64,000 nucleotides of DNA from Octopus vulgaris (Eukaryota), in NCBI GenBank assembly GCA_951406725.2, contig OX597830.1, positions 51,522,001-51,586,000 of the forward strand. Direction: 5' to 3'. Shown piece by piece: positions 1 through 13,883 of the stretch. The notes beneath the pieces were generated by a model that did not search any database, was not told where the DNA came from, and saw nothing but the letters and a program-made list of their open reading frames with translations. Within the stretch, counting starts at the first letter, position 1; every line of letters starts with the position of its first letter. The position numbers and the translations under genes are program-made.

Positions 1-835
1 TTATCAACAAATGAGTTTCGTAATATTTTCTATTATAGAGCATACATATAATATAAGGCTTCCTTTTCGATACCAAGAAAACTGTAAACGTATATAAAGT
101 ATATGACTGATGTACTAAAGAAATGGCTGAATGTTACAAATGCACAAAATGGGAAGGAATAATATACAGATGTAGAATATTATAGACATATAGATAAAGA
201 CTAAGAATGACAAATACATGAACACCGAGTTCAACATACTTATCGAAGATGTACACAACGTATGTATGTATGTATGTATTACGTATGTGTGTGTGTGTCT
301 GTGTGTGTGTATGTGTTTGTGCGTGCTTGTGTATAGTACATGTATTTGGCAGTGAATTGAAGAATACACCGATAGAATGTAGGAGTAAGTTTGAGGGTGC
401 TTACAAGGAACTTGTAGGGTATAAGAATGAACATGCCAATTATGATAGCGCCAAATGCAAGTGGATATGCATGGTGTGAATAGAAGATGCAGGATGTGCA
501 TACTCTCATAGAAGTGAACTTGTAGAAAGAACTATGTATACAGTTACACATACGCAGATGATTTTACGTTCCTACATAAAATGTGTTCTCGAGAAGTGAT
601 TAAGTTAATTTACTACGAGAATTGATCGTTGCAAGTGAAAACTGTAACATAAGTTGTGCTGTTGTCATTAGCAAGACCAGGAAATTTCACTATCACCTAT
701 ATAATATCACTCACAATCTAAGTAATTTACCCTGTTTCCTATGTAATTTCACCTACACCCGATAAAATTGCTTAGCTGCATACGATAGAATTGCGAGCAA
801 GGGAGCGAACCCCTACCATCTTCCTGTGACGGGGA

Positions 836-886
836 CCAGTAGACCAATCCTGGTTTCGGGCTATTTGCGCCACTCCTCAGTACTAG
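836..886 (-). ncRNA. Type I hammerhead ribozyme motif, complete
   Basis: Minus strand reads CUAGUA-CUGAGGA-GUGGC-GCAAAUA-GCCC-GAAA-CCA-GGAU-UGG-UC-UACUGG. Stem I 6 bp, canonical CUGANGA and GAAA boxes, stem III ACCA/UGGU, GUC cleavage triplet. Confidence 0.85.
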
Positions 887-1217
887 ACACCTCGTCTGCA
901 AGAGATGATAGCAGCTTGCTTCTGTAAGAATATATATTTCAAGCCAGCATACAGTCGCTGGTTTTGCAAGAAGCAAAAATACAATTTTATTGGATGCAGC
1001 TGTGCGTCGTTAACCAGCTAGAGGAAATGTCCTCTTAGGGTTAAAAAAATCGCAGTAGAGTCCGTGAGAATATTACTTGTCAGTACATCTACTGCTTTGG
1101 ACTCTTAGAAAGATTTTAGAACTAGCGCAAAATCAGTGACTGTGAGGAGTTCGCTTGAAATGTATATATTCATTACGTGCAGAAGCGAGCTGCTATCATC
1201 TCCAGCAGAAGAGGTGT

Positions 1218-1268
1218 CCAGTACTGAGGAATGGCAGAAATAGCCCGAAAGCGGGACTGGTCAACCGG
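1218..1268 (+). ncRNA. Degenerate hammerhead motif, inverted paralogue of 836-886
   Basis: CCAGUA-CUGAGGA-AUGGC-AGAAAUA-GCCC-GAAA-GCG-GGAC-UGG-UC-AACCGG. Core intact, stems I and III mismatched. Confidence 0.65.
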
Positions 1269-2404
1269 TCCCGTCGCAAGGAGGTGGTAGGAGTGCGCTC
1301 TCCTGTTCGCAATTTTATCGGATGCAACTGTGTATCGGTAACCAGCCAGAGAAGATGTCCTCTTGGTGTTATAGAATCCGCTCGAACGGACAGCCATGTT
1401 AAAGTGGTAACGAATATTACTTAATATAATTTCACCCATCGCCTATATAATTTGAGGCTCATCTGTATTCTATAACACACACTGCAGTAATTTTGCGGGG
1501 CACTGAATTACGCCTTTCTGTCGAACCTGACAGATCTAAATGTTTAAGAGTGATGTCACCCAGTCTGTGCTAACAGCAAATAATAAGAACCCATGAATAA
1601 ATAAGCTTCTTTAATGCAAAGAAGGAAGCACAAGGTGGTCAACGTGCTAGAAACAGCAATCTGTCTCCCTCGAATCACGCCCCACAGACTCATAAATCAC
1701 AAACGGGACACGTTAGATATTCATGTCGAAGACACAATATCTGAGCAAAGGTGTTGGGGGTGGTTAGTATTTAACCATAGCTCTACTCGATCAAAACCAG
1801 CCCAGGGCTATACAACAACAACGACAACGATAAACTTCAATAATTCTATGTTCTGAATAAGAGAAATACCAGAAATTTTAATCAGATGAGTCACAGTCGC
1901 ATTGTTGATTTGAACCTGCGGCTCTGCTTTTGCAATAGAAATATCATTTGATAACATTTTTTTGTTAACTTGGCATTTGCTGCTCTTTTCGCATTATTTT
2001 TTATTTTATTTTATTTTCTGGAAGAATTAAAGTATCAATTTACCAGCATCGATTTCGCCATTCATATTCCCTGTCCTCGCCTACCTCTCATAAACAAAGG
2101 TTACCAACAATATCTACAGTCAGCACAACTACTCAAAAGCATTCGATTTTCTTATTCCCAAAGAACCAATTTTAGCCGGAACCAAAACGACATGAAGGAA
2201 GAAGACCAATATTGTCAGCAAGCATCAACTCGTAGAATCAACAAATAAAATCCCCCCCCCTTGAGACAACAATAGAAAAATAAAAGAATAATCCGAAGAC
2301 TTTCAATCATTCTTATTTTGTCTTATATATTTGCTTCACTATCTACTTATCTATCTAATCTCTCTATATCTATCTGCTGTTATCTATGTCTCTTTCTCTC
2401 ACTC

Positions 2405-3002
<598 letters not shown>

Positions 3003-3351
3003 TTGTAGTTTTAAGCTCATCAAATAGCATTTTAACATTTTATATTGTTGTTACTACACACCACTAACTTGGCATTATCTGTGGTTGATTGTTGTAGAAT
3101 TTTCTTGGACAAGTGGTATTGAATCTTTGGTCAATCCAACCGCATTGAATCGTTTTTTTACTGGAGGCTTTCAGTAGAGCGGAGCAAACAGATCTTTTGC
3201 AAAAGAATCTTTTCAAAGTATTTTAAAAGCTACATTGTGTGTTGTTGATCTGAAGGAAACCTCACATTTTATACTCAAATATCTATTTTCAAAAGCATCC
3301 ACCTGATACTTCTTTTATGTTTTATTTTACGGATAACAGAACTTTGGAATA

Positions 3352-3405
3352 ATGGTTTCTCTCTGTTGCACCAACCTGACCTTTGTCTTGTTGACCTTTC
3401 ATGCG
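3352..3405 (+). CDS. Candidate signal-peptide exon (MVSLCCTNLTFVLLTFHA)
   Basis: Acceptor-like site at 3339, ATG at 3352, hydrophobic stretch, weak donor GCG|gtacaa. Confidence 0.3.
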
Positions 3406-4289
3406 GTACAAACCAAATGATTGATTGATTAATTGATGTATGAGATAAATCACAATAACTAACACTGTCATGTCGATTCTCTACATCGTCGCTCGACCTG
3501 CGAGAAATACCCGTCTAATCTCCTTAAAACCACTTCATAAAAGTGCAACAATACATTTCGTAAATGCATTCGAAGGTACACTAGGGCTGAAGATGAAACA
3601 AGTTGCTCATAGGTAAAAGTCGTTTAATCATAAACCTGCTCAAAGCGAAATGATATTTGAAACGGGAAGGGGTGGATGGGGACCAAGACAACGATTTCTG
3701 TAAGAAATTAAAACAGATCAGAAGCTTTTGTATTCTATTCTATACTTTTGTATATCATTCTGTACCCTAGCTCTAACCCTAACCCTAATCCTAGTTCCAT
3801 TGTACAATAAGGATACACGGTTTAACTGAAAACGGAAGCCTGATCTTGTGCCCCAGTCTTCCGTAACTAAGAGCAAATTTGTATTCAAGTTCTTCGATTG
3901 AAGATATATGTAGACTTAGTCGTAACTGACGTTGAACAAAGAGGGAATAACCAGTTCACCGTTATTATATTCTTAGTAATGACATATACACCACCACATC
4001 CTCTTCGCTTATATCCCTTTAGTATTGTACTCCCACTGATCCATTTTGCTTTATATCTTACGGTGGCGGGGGAGAAATTCAGTACCACTCCAGGACGATG
4101 GAATGGCACTGTTTTCTTAGATAAACAAATGAGAAGCCGTCTTGTATTTGTTCCGGGTCTTCACATATTGACAGCAAGTATGTGTCTCACACAGGGGCTG
4201 AGTTAAGCGACTTTTCTGCTTGAATAATACATACATAAATTCATTCATCTCTTCACACATATAATTTTCATAATTTTGTTTCAAAACAG

Positions 4290-4349
4290 GCAATTAACGT
4301 TACCGAACAGTTTCATGCTGAAAAGGAAAAGCCTTCTAAAAGTGGACAG
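4290..4349 (+). CDS. Candidate upstream exon (60 nt), frame unresolved
   Basis: ttttgtttcaaaacag|G ... CAG|gtaaat. Open in phase 0 (AINVTEQFHAEKEKPSKSGQ) and in phase 2. Confidence 0.4.
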
Positions 4350-4875
4350 GTAAATTAGCAATCATCAGACATTGCTAAAGATTGCTAATTTAAATCTTGA
4401 CTTTTTGAAAATTTTTCTTTGTCAGCATGAAACTCTTCGGTAACATTAATTGGCTGTTATGAGATTATAATATCGTTGCTATTATTTATGCTGCATCTAA
4501 ATTACTAATATCGTGTTGGTTACCAATTACTGTATTTGCATTGCTTCTGTGGAAGAGCCTAGGCTCGAAACGTCGAAGACTTTTCAGTTCTTCCCGGGCG
4601 TTAAAATAATACATCTGCTTGTTGTTCCCTCACTTGTCATTGTCTTTTGTTTTCTCTTAGAATTTGTCTCAGTTGCCAATGTTAATGTCTCTAAATCAAT
4701 TACCACTGTGTATTGTCCGCGCGTGAGTGTTTGAGTGTGTGAGTGTGTGTGTGTGCGTATGTGCGTGCGCGCGCGTGTGTGAGTATGATTTCACGTTTAT
4801 TCACGCTCAGCTGCCACTGTTATTCTCAGAAATGTCTAAAACAACCAATTCTTATATTTTCTTCACATGTAAAAG

Positions 4876-5001
4876 ACATTGATGAGTGTAAAACGGAGGC
4901 AAACACCTGCAACCAAATCTGCCGAAACAACCAAGGTTCTTATGAATGTTTCTGTGAAAGATTTTATTCCCGGCTTCCCGATGGCAAAACTTGCATCCGA
5001 G
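4876..5001 (+). CDS. Exon of SEA/EGF transmembrane mucin-like gene: calcium-binding EGF domain
   Basis: Pyrimidine tract then aaag|AC, donor G|gtaaac. 126 nt, phase 1-1. Encodes DIDECKTEANTCNQICRNNQGSYECFCERFYSRLPDGKTCIR, matching the cbEGF consensus with 6 Cys. Confidence 0.93.
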
Positions 5002-5399
5002 GTAAACCATTCTTTTGATATGTAACCATTCTTTCTTTGCTCTAAATACGTTGTGTATATCTTATTGAACGAGTAGTTCAATAGATCTAATGAAATAGGT
5101 GGATTAATTCAAAAGGATACTTTTAAATCCTACTTAATCATATACAGACATGCATAGCCATACATACATACACATACACCTGAGCAACCGTTTATACCGG
5201 CACATGTTTTAATCACTCCGTTTCTTTTTCTCTCTCCATTTTTTCCCTCTTATCTTTTTATGTGAAAGAGCGTAGGCTCGAAACGTCAAAGATTTTTTCC
5301 ATTCTTCCCGAGCGTCAAACTAATGCACCTGCCTGTTGTTCCTTTTCTTGACTTTGTCTTTTGTTTTCTGTACATTTGAACCATATATATATATTCACA

Positions 5400-5447
<48 letters not shown>

Positions 5448-5569
5448 TATATATATATATATGTATGTATACAGGTATGTGTATATAGATAGATAGATAG
5501 ACAGACGCAAGTATGTGCGTGTATGTATGTATATATATATATATACATACACGCACATACTTGCGTCTG

Positions 5570-5621
<52 letters not shown>

Positions 5622-5922
5622 CACATACCTGTATACAAACACACATACACGTGCGCGCACGCACACACACATTGATAGATAGTTAGATATACTTGCTTAC
5701 ATGCATACACAATATAATGAGATTGCTTCTAATTTAGACACAAGACAATCAATCTTTTCAGCAGTGGTTGCTGATAACATCAGCCCCTATCATTTGTCTC
5801 CTTTTTTATTTTATCAATCTTGAAGCGATGGGATCTGAACTGCGATAAATATCCGGAAGAAAAAGTGCAAGGCATTTTTACAAGCAAATCTTGTTTTGTA
5901 TTATATAATAATGACACACACA

Positions 5923-6309
5923 TGTGGAGGCGCAATGGCCCAGTGGTTAGGGCAGCGGACTCGCGGTCGTAGGATCGCGGTTTCGATTCCCAGACCGGGC
6001 GTTGTGAGTGTTTATTGAGCGAAAACACCTAAAGCTCCACGAGGCTCCGGCAAGGGGTGGTGGTGATCCCTGCTGTACTCTTTCACCACAACTTTCTCTC
6101 ACTCTTACTTCCTGTTTCTGTTGTACCTGTATTTCAAAGGGCCGGCCTTGTCACTCTCTGTGTCACGATGAATATCCCCGAGAACTACGTTAAGGGTACA
6201 CGTGTCTGTGGAGTGCTCAGCCACTTACATGTTAATTTCACGAGCAGGCTGTTCCGTTGATCGGATCAACCAGAACCCTCGTCGTCGTAACCGACGGAGT
6301 GCTTCCAAA
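5923..6309 (+). mobile_element. tRNA-derived SINE family C, full length with TSD
   Basis: tRNA-like head GGAGGCGCAATGGCCCAGTGGTTAGG...GGTTTCGATTCCC. TSD AATGACACACACA at 5910-5922 and 6310-6322. Relatives at about 13990-14228 (-), 17878-18216 (+), 38975-39230 (-), 48290-48710 (-), 53365-53668 (-) and 55720-56061 (-). Confidence 0.85.
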
Positions 6310-6313
6310 AATG

Positions 6314-6344
<31 letters not shown>

Positions 6345-6651
6345 TTCTTAAATGTTTCATAGTAGAACAGACATCAACACGATATAAGTAGATAACAATA
6401 ATGAAATTTAAGATGACGTGTATTCACAGCATTCTCGACTAATTCAGAAAACGGGACGCTGAGACACCACGTTATTTCGATCTCGTTGCGTATTTCATTT
6501 TATTTTTTCAAGCAAAGTTACCACCAGATCAATGAGTCCAAACAAGATCGGTGGCTCACGTTTGTAGAATTCACCAACTTAATAATTTGCTGATGCGTGC
6601 TGATGTCTGCGAAACTGATAATTAATTGTGCACATTACCGTTATGAAATAA

Positions 6652-7053
6652 CTAGCAGTATCGCCCGGCGTTGCTCGGGTTTGTTTCGACCCTTTACTTT
6701 ACAATTGGAAGTTTTGAAAAGTAAAAATTTTGCATTATGTAGCTTGTTATTCTCTTTAAGTGAACATTTTTCTGGTTGAAATACTCCGAAAAATAGCGAC
6801 ACAGCAGTCAAAAAATCATAAAAAATAGGGATTTTCATAGAAATAAAGCACCTTCTTGATGTAAATAAATTTTGGTCTTAACATGGTCCGATTTGAATTT
6901 TATCTTCTGCGGAATGAAGAATGAAGAGCAAGCCTTCTTCTATCATACTCTCAATTTTGGTCAACTTGCTCCACAGGGTCTCGGAGGAGATAGTGTTAGT
7001 TTAAGGCTACGAAACCTGCCACACACTAACAACTTCAGCTTTATATATATAGA
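6652..7053 (-). mobile_element. Non-autonomous Helitron, about 400 bp
   Basis: Minus strand starts A|TCTATATATATAAAG and ends with a GC-rich hairpin (CCCGAGCAACGCCGGG) then CTAG|T. No target-site duplication. Confidence 0.85.
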
Positions 7054-7491
7054 TTAAGTGGAAAAGACAAGGAAAGATGGAAGAGATACTCTACATGTCA
7101 CCTGATCAGCTACTTATAACAGTTAAATCTCCATTAAATCACATCCTATTTTTGTTTTTAATAGGGTAGAATGTTTGGCAGGAAAAGGGATAGGATAATC
7201 TCACGGCTGTGATCCATTTGCTCATAGGTTTGCCGAATCTGCACTGACCAGCGATTAGATAACAGTAATATATTTAACAGGCATTTGTGAAAAATAATTT
7301 GAGAAAATGAGTCAGAAAACTTATATACACACATGCGTATATGTGCGTATATGTACGTAACCGTGTGTATGTGTGCATATACACATGTATCTGCATATAT
7401 GCATACACATTCATTCCGAAATACGTACATACGTAATGACTTAACTTCAAGAGTATAACTTCTGGCCTCAATTACATCTGTACACATGTAT

Positions 7492-7523
<32 letters not shown>

Positions 7524-8149
7524 GCATATTTGCATATACATACACATACTTATACATATCACATCCATTTCATTTCATAATGATTTCTTAATTAAAGTCA
7601 AAAGACTGAACTGAATAAAAATAATGAGTTAATATGTACATTAAGCTACATTTACGTAAATGAATAAACCATATAACGTAATTAAAATGACAGAATAGAC
7701 TAATTAATTGCGAATTAATCTAAATAGATTAACCCAACTACTAAAGCACAGACGCATATTCACGGCAAACATAAACACACAAACACAAATATTGTCTCTC
7801 ACTCGGACACATACCAACAAACTGCATGCAGACGCGCCCCCCCCCCACACACACATGTTCACTATATCAATGAAGTAACCTTGATTATAACTGCAAGACA
7901 GTAGGCAGGAAATTATCGGCTAATTGTATAATTGTTTAGTTGAGGGTATCAAAAGGATGCGATGTATTTGGTCGAGTGCAACGGAGAAGATCCGATGTGC
8001 GGGAAGAGTAGATTTCGATTCCCGTTTGAACCAACGCTCATTTTACATGCATTCTTTAAATTTGCTTGTTAATCATTTTGTCCAATGGTTCTCAACCAGG
8101 GTTCTGATTTTTATGCAATTCCTAATATTACCTTCTTTATAATATAAAC

Positions 8150-8490
8150 CGTTGCGTTTCCAACAAAGAGCTGCGTGCGCATATGCATCAGCCCGCAGCC
8201 TCCAACTTATAGCTATCCTTTACATTCGCTGATACGGACATATTCTCCGTTTACAGCTACATCATCCGACTGGGGCTTTACTCCAATTCGGCGTAGCAGC
8301 TGCGAATTGGAAGAGGCCTCTTGGCAGGCCCCGCACCAGATGGTTGGACGTGATTGGGGAAGATCTCCAGAGGCTCAACATCACCTTGGAAGATGCAGAA
8401 GTGCGTGCACGGGACCGCCAGCATTGGGAAAGCACTGATTGACCTGGTCGGCTCAATGCATGATAACACCTCTGAGACCACTAACTTGAG
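8150..8490 (+). mobile_element. RTE-clade LINE 3' fragment
   Basis: One frame reads GRPRTRWLDVIGEDLQRLNITLEDAEVRARDRQHW, an RTE C-terminal signature. Confidence 0.75.
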
Positions 8491-9065
8491 ATACCCCCAA
8501 CCTCATCAAACAAAATCCAACAATCTTTTCATAAGAGATGAGGTTCTCCTCAAATCAGAGACTTTGCAACAATGCCTGCAACAATACGGTTTCTGCTGAT
8601 GTCCTTCGGCATTAAGGTGTCGATGCTACACCGGGTGTTGGTTTTAATCTTTAACACGTAGTTTGATGTCCTGAAATCACCAGCTGAGCACTGGACGGTG
8701 ATGTAATCGACTTACCACCGTCACCAAATGTCAGGTCTTTTGCCTATAGTAGAAAGGATTGTTATTATTGTTGTTGTTGACACTTGTCAATAAGACTCGC
8801 CGCCTTAATGATGCTGATGATGATGATTTCAAATTTTGGCACAAGACTAGCAATTTCGAAGGAAGGGTTAAGTCCGTTATACAGATCCCAGTGCTCAGGT
8901 GATACTTATTTTATCGACCCCGTAGGATGAAAGGCAAAGTTGACCTTGGCGGAATTTGAACCCAGAACATAACAACGGACGAAATACAGTTAAGCATTTC
9001 GTCTAACGTTCAAGCGATTCTGCAAGCTCGCCGCTTTAATGGTACTACTACTACTACTACTACTT

Positions 9066-9152
<87 letters not shown>

Positions 9153-10167
9153 GCAACAACAACAACAATAGTAATCTTTTCTACTCTAGGCACAAGGCCC
9201 GAAATTTTGTAGAAGGGGGCCAATCGATTAGCTCGACCCCAGTAGGCAACTGGTAATTAAATAATTGACCACGAATGGATGAAAGGCAAAGACGACTTCG
9301 GCGGAATTTGAACTCAGAATGTACACATCAATAATAATAATAACAATAATATTGATGGTAATGATTATGAAGATGATGGGCTTGAACGAATATTCTGCAC
9401 ATTACCACAGATTTGCTTGTCAGTTGCTTGATCTTAACTAGTTGAACATGTCTCTTAGTGGCTGACGATATGTGCACCTCTGATCAGGAGCACGGGTAGT
9501 GGGGAGTGCATCATAGCCATGTATTGAGAGGAATTCTTTGTAAATGGGGTGAATAATTCACCCCAGGAAACGGGGCTGTTTCATGCAGCATCCTTAAACA
9601 AGACTTAATCCGGGACCTTTTGAGAGGGATGGGCTACTCGACCAGAAGAAAATACAAACAGGGCCCGACCAGCAAGGTCAGCGCTGTTCATCTTGATATG
9701 AGATCACCATGTGTACATTTGGCTGTGATTCAATATAACCATCAGACAGGTAGTCACGATGGGTGATACTGGGTTTCGTATATTTTACCTTAGTGTTACT
9801 TTGATGGCATGTACTGTTCTCTCACTCAGTAATAATAATGTGTGCGTGCGTGCGTGTGTGTATGTGTGTGTGTGTGTGTTTGTGTGTATGTGTTTGTGTG
9901 TGTGTGTGTGTGCGCGTATTGTATATGTAATATACACATAAGGGCAGCGAGGTTGCAGCGTCGTTAGCATGCCGGGAAAAATACTTAGCGACATTTTGTC
10001 CGTGTTTACCTTCTGATTTCAAATTCCGCCTATCAATTGAACAGCTGGGATCGATATATATATATATAGGGAGATTTTACGAAAAAAAAAACAAAAGAGG
10101 AAGACAGGTGGAGTACAAAACAAACAGATGTATCTGTTTGGCGCTCAGGAATAGAAATAGAAAAAGT

Positions 10168-10203
10168 CTTTTACGTTTCGAGCCTACGCTCTTCTACAGA
10201 AAG
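10168..10203 (-). ncRNA. Hammerhead-like motif with CUGUAGA (A6U) core
   Basis: CUUU-CUGUAGA-A-GAGC-GUAG-GCUC-GAAA-CG-UA-AAAG within a repeat of about 190 bp (about 10068-10255). Confidence 0.55.
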
Positions 10204-11094
10204 AGACACAGAAAAAACAAGGAGAGAAACAAGAAGAAAAAAGTGTGTAGTGGTTGCATTATTTAATGAGAGAAACTGGGAATCTTTGGCGATATACTGT
10301 TGTCAATGTACGTTGGCATGTATAATACCTACATATACTCACACCTACATACGTACATACATACCTGCATGCATATATGCACACACACACACATATGCTC
10401 TACTGTAGAATCATTTAGATTTCATGTGACAAATTAACTTGTTAATTCTTATGTTTCTCGCTTGCATTGGAATGTTTAGAAGTACGATAGAAATTATAAT
10501 TATTTATGGTTGAACTATCAATTTCTCGTTTTTCACTAATGTGAGAGAAAATAATACACATGTCATGCTACAACAGTGATTTCGTTATAAATTTTATGTG
10601 TACAAACTCGTATCATTACATGCATACATATGTACAAAAACGCGCGCACGCACAAGCACACGCACGTACACACACAAACACACACTCACACGCACATGCA
10701 CTTTAAATATATATATATATATGAGGACTATGTACAAACTCTAAACGCGTATGACTGATGGAGGAAGCGGAAAGCTAAACGGAAATTAACCTGCACTTGA
10801 TATCTCACTAAGAATACTTTCAGCTTCGACACCACAGACATATTTGAATATTCTTTGAATATGTAATAAATATATGCACATAAGAGCGACGAGCTTGCAG
10901 AGTCGTTAGCTTCCCGGGAAAAATACTTAGCGACATTTTTTCCGTCTTCACCTTCTGAGTTCAAATTCCGCCTATCAATTGAACAGCTGGGATCAATTAA
11001 AACCTTCCCTTGAATTGCTTGGCTCATGCCCAAATTTCAAACCAATATATATATACATATATATTCAAATGCTTATTGCATATGCGAACATATA

Positions 11095-11791
11095 TTATCT
11101 TTTCTTTTCTGTTTTAATCTAGGTACAAGGCCCAAAATGTTAGGGGAGGGGCAATTTGAGAGAGAGGGATAGTCGATTAGATCGACCCCAGTACTCAAAT
11201 TGTACTTAATTTATCGACCCCGAAAGGATGAAAGACCTAGTCGACCTCGGCGGAATTTGAACTCAGAACATAAAGACAGACGAAATACTGCTAAGAATTT
11301 CGCCTGGCATGCTAACGTTTCTGTCAGCTCGCCGCTCTAGCGAACATATACATTCTTTTCTACTCTAGGCACAAGGCCCGAAATTTTGGGAGAGGGTGCA
11401 AGTCGATTACATCGACCTCAGTACGCAACTGGCACTTAATTTATCGACTCCGAAAGGATGAAAGACAAAGTCGACCTCGGTGGAATTTGAACTCAGAACG
11501 TAAAGACTGACGAAATACCGCTAAGCGTTTCGCCCCGGCGTGCTGACGTTTCTTATTTCTTTATAGTCCAAAAAGGGGCTAAACATAGAGGGGACAAACA
11601 AGGACAGTCAAAGGGATTAAGTCGATTACATCGACCCCAGTGCGTAACTGGTACTTATTTAATCGACTCCGAAAGGATGAAAGGCAAAGTCGACCTCGGT
11701 GGAATTTGAACTCAGAACGTAAAGACAGACGAAATACCGCTAAGCGTTTCGGCCCGGCGTGCTGACGTTTCTGCCAACTCGCCGCCTTAAA
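11095..11791 (-). mobile_element. SINE family B, three head-to-tail units (monomer plus dimer)
   Basis: Repeated GGCGGCGAGCTGGCAGAAACGTTAGC...GAGTTCAAATTCCGCCGAGGTCGACTTTGCCTTTCATCCTTTCGGGGTCGATAAA body. Other copies at about 8828-9034 (-), 9176-9320 (-), 9942 (+), 10884 (+), 27110 (+), 31431-31660 (-), 45488-45709 (+) and 60143-60362 (-). Confidence 0.85.
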
Positions 11792-12843
11792 GCGAACAGA
11801 TATAATAAAATATCAATGGCCAAGTACACTGAATTTACTTGGCATTACCATCCTGACCCCTAATATTCATTGGGCTGGTTTCGCAGATCCCCATGACTCT
11901 GTCACCACCCACTTCCGTTATTATGAATTTGAATTAGGGGCTTGGGTCACAGAGTTTTTCATTAACTGATTACATAGCCATGGACGCCACCCTTATGAAT
12001 GCGCTGCAGTTCCTCTCTTCATAAAGCTTGGCGATCCCGACCGTTTAATCGTTTAAGATTCTTCCGCTCAGCATCAATCTACGAAGCACCGTCGGCTCAG
12101 TTGCTCTCTTCCGCTATCTCGTCACAATCCGACATGCTACAATCCCTCACTTCGTTGTATCCCTGGTAGTGTGACTGAACGGGTGCTATACCTTGCCAAA
12201 GGGCAACCCATAACTATGCAGGGTACGGTAATCACTCCGTTAGGTATTTTTAAACTACCCGCATACCCAATACGCGTTTACACGGTTTTAATAGCGTATA
12301 GGTATCCAAGATTACAACGTTCCTTCTAAATGGGACACCGACCCGTCGCAGGGTTAGTCATCTACAGCTGAGTGGACTGAACTAGCTTAAAATGCAGTTT
12401 CTTTTTTTATCGAAGAACACGATGCAACACACCGTCCAGTTCGGGAATTGAAACCACGATCGCAGGATCATGAGTACAACATCTTGGCCACTAGGCCTCA
12501 CAACTTCATGGCAGTTATTGATATGCAATACTACTATTAGAATAAGTGAACTTCGGTGGCAATGGTGTAATCTGTATTCTAATCGTGGCTCTACCACGAT
12601 TTATATGTATTAGATAGATCTCATTAATATAAGTATGATTAAATTATCTGACAAAAATATGTGATAAATGCAAATCAAATTACAGTTTGATCGCAGTAAA
12701 TGACAATATTCTGTCCAAGTTGGCACACCTAAATTAACCTTTCTCCATCTCAGTGTTTCCAGTTGAATCCAGTTTTTTTCTTTCCCATTCTCTTACCCTC
12801 TCTCGTCTTTCTTTCTTTCTCTCTCTCTCTCTCTCTTTCTCTC

Positions 12844-12877
<34 letters not shown>

Positions 12878-13160
12878 GGTATCTATCAATCAATCGATCT
12901 TTATATATAACAATCAAAGTATGTAGTATTATAGATCCATTTCAGCTGAGCTTATGAATCAGTTTCGCATAGGATATTAACTCCTGAGACGGTTACTCAA
13001 AATTGTTTCAGTCGGACCTGAGAGGAACTCCGGCCGTACCTGCATATTTCTGCATGTTTCACCCCAAATTGGGGTCCTTTGGCGTTATCACTGTCTCTTA
13101 TACGACGGCTTCTGCGTTGCAGTGGCCGCTAAGGGGACATGATATCTTTGCATAAACATA

Positions 13161-13570
13161 GGCGCAGGAGTGGCTGTGTGGTAAGTAGCTTGCTTACCAA
13201 CCACATGGTTCCGGGTTCAGTCCCACTGCGTGGCACCTTGGGCAAGTGTCTTCTACTATAGCCTCGGGCCGACCAAAGCCTTGTGAGTGGATTTGGTAGA
13301 CGGAAACTGAAACAAACCCGTCGTATATATGTATATATATATACATGTGTGCGTGTATGTTTGTGTGTCTGTGTTTGTCCCCCTAGCATCGATTGACAAC
13401 CGATGCTGGTGTGTTTATGTCCCCGTAACTTAGCGGTTCGGCAAAAGAGACCGATAGAATAAGTACTGGGCTTACAAAGAATAAGTTTTGGGGTCGAGTT
13501 GCTCGATTAAAGGCGGTGCTCCAGCATGGCCGCAGTCAAATGACTGAAACAAGTAAAAGAGTAAAAGAGA
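13161..13570 (+). mobile_element. tRNA-derived SINE family A (about 410 bp, internal microsatellite, GTAAAAGA tail)
   Basis: Pol III A/B-box-like head (TGGCTGTGTGG, GGTTCAGTCCC) and a CORE-like ccttgggcaagt motif. Near-identical copies at 15199, 32907, 39502 and 57944. Confidence 0.85.
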
Positions 13571-13841
13571 GAAAGAGTATTCCGTTTCTATGCCAGGTGG
13601 ATATCTGTCGCTTTTATTGCCAACACCGTTACCGCACGCACACGCCGACACATACAGACGCACGCGCGCGTGCACGCACATACATACCTGTATTAAAAGA
13701 GGTTACCGAAGAAATATGATATACGGTACAATCAACTGTTATTTCAAGTTCGTGAAACGATCAAGGAAACTTTTGTTTAATTGTTGATGCATGTTGAATG
13801 TGTATAAGTATGTAAAGGCATATATGTTGTTGTATATAGGA

Positions 13842-13883
<42 letters not shown>

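Larger units (their letters stand above)
680..1450. mobile_element. Cluster of Penelope-like pseudo-LTR or retrozyme-like fragments in inverted and direct orientation
   Basis: About 775-935 and 1153-1330 are diverged inverted copies. About 983-1077 and 1310-1422 are direct copies. Both inverted arms carry hammerhead motifs. Confidence 0.65.

Noticed and set aside
3763-3794. Telomeric (CCCTAA)n repeat
   Set aside because: Only two exact units in a degenerate run, too short to call an interstitial telomere.
5925-5995. tRNA gene
   Set aside because: tRNA-like SINE head with no complete acceptor stem. It continues into a SINE body bounded by a TSD.
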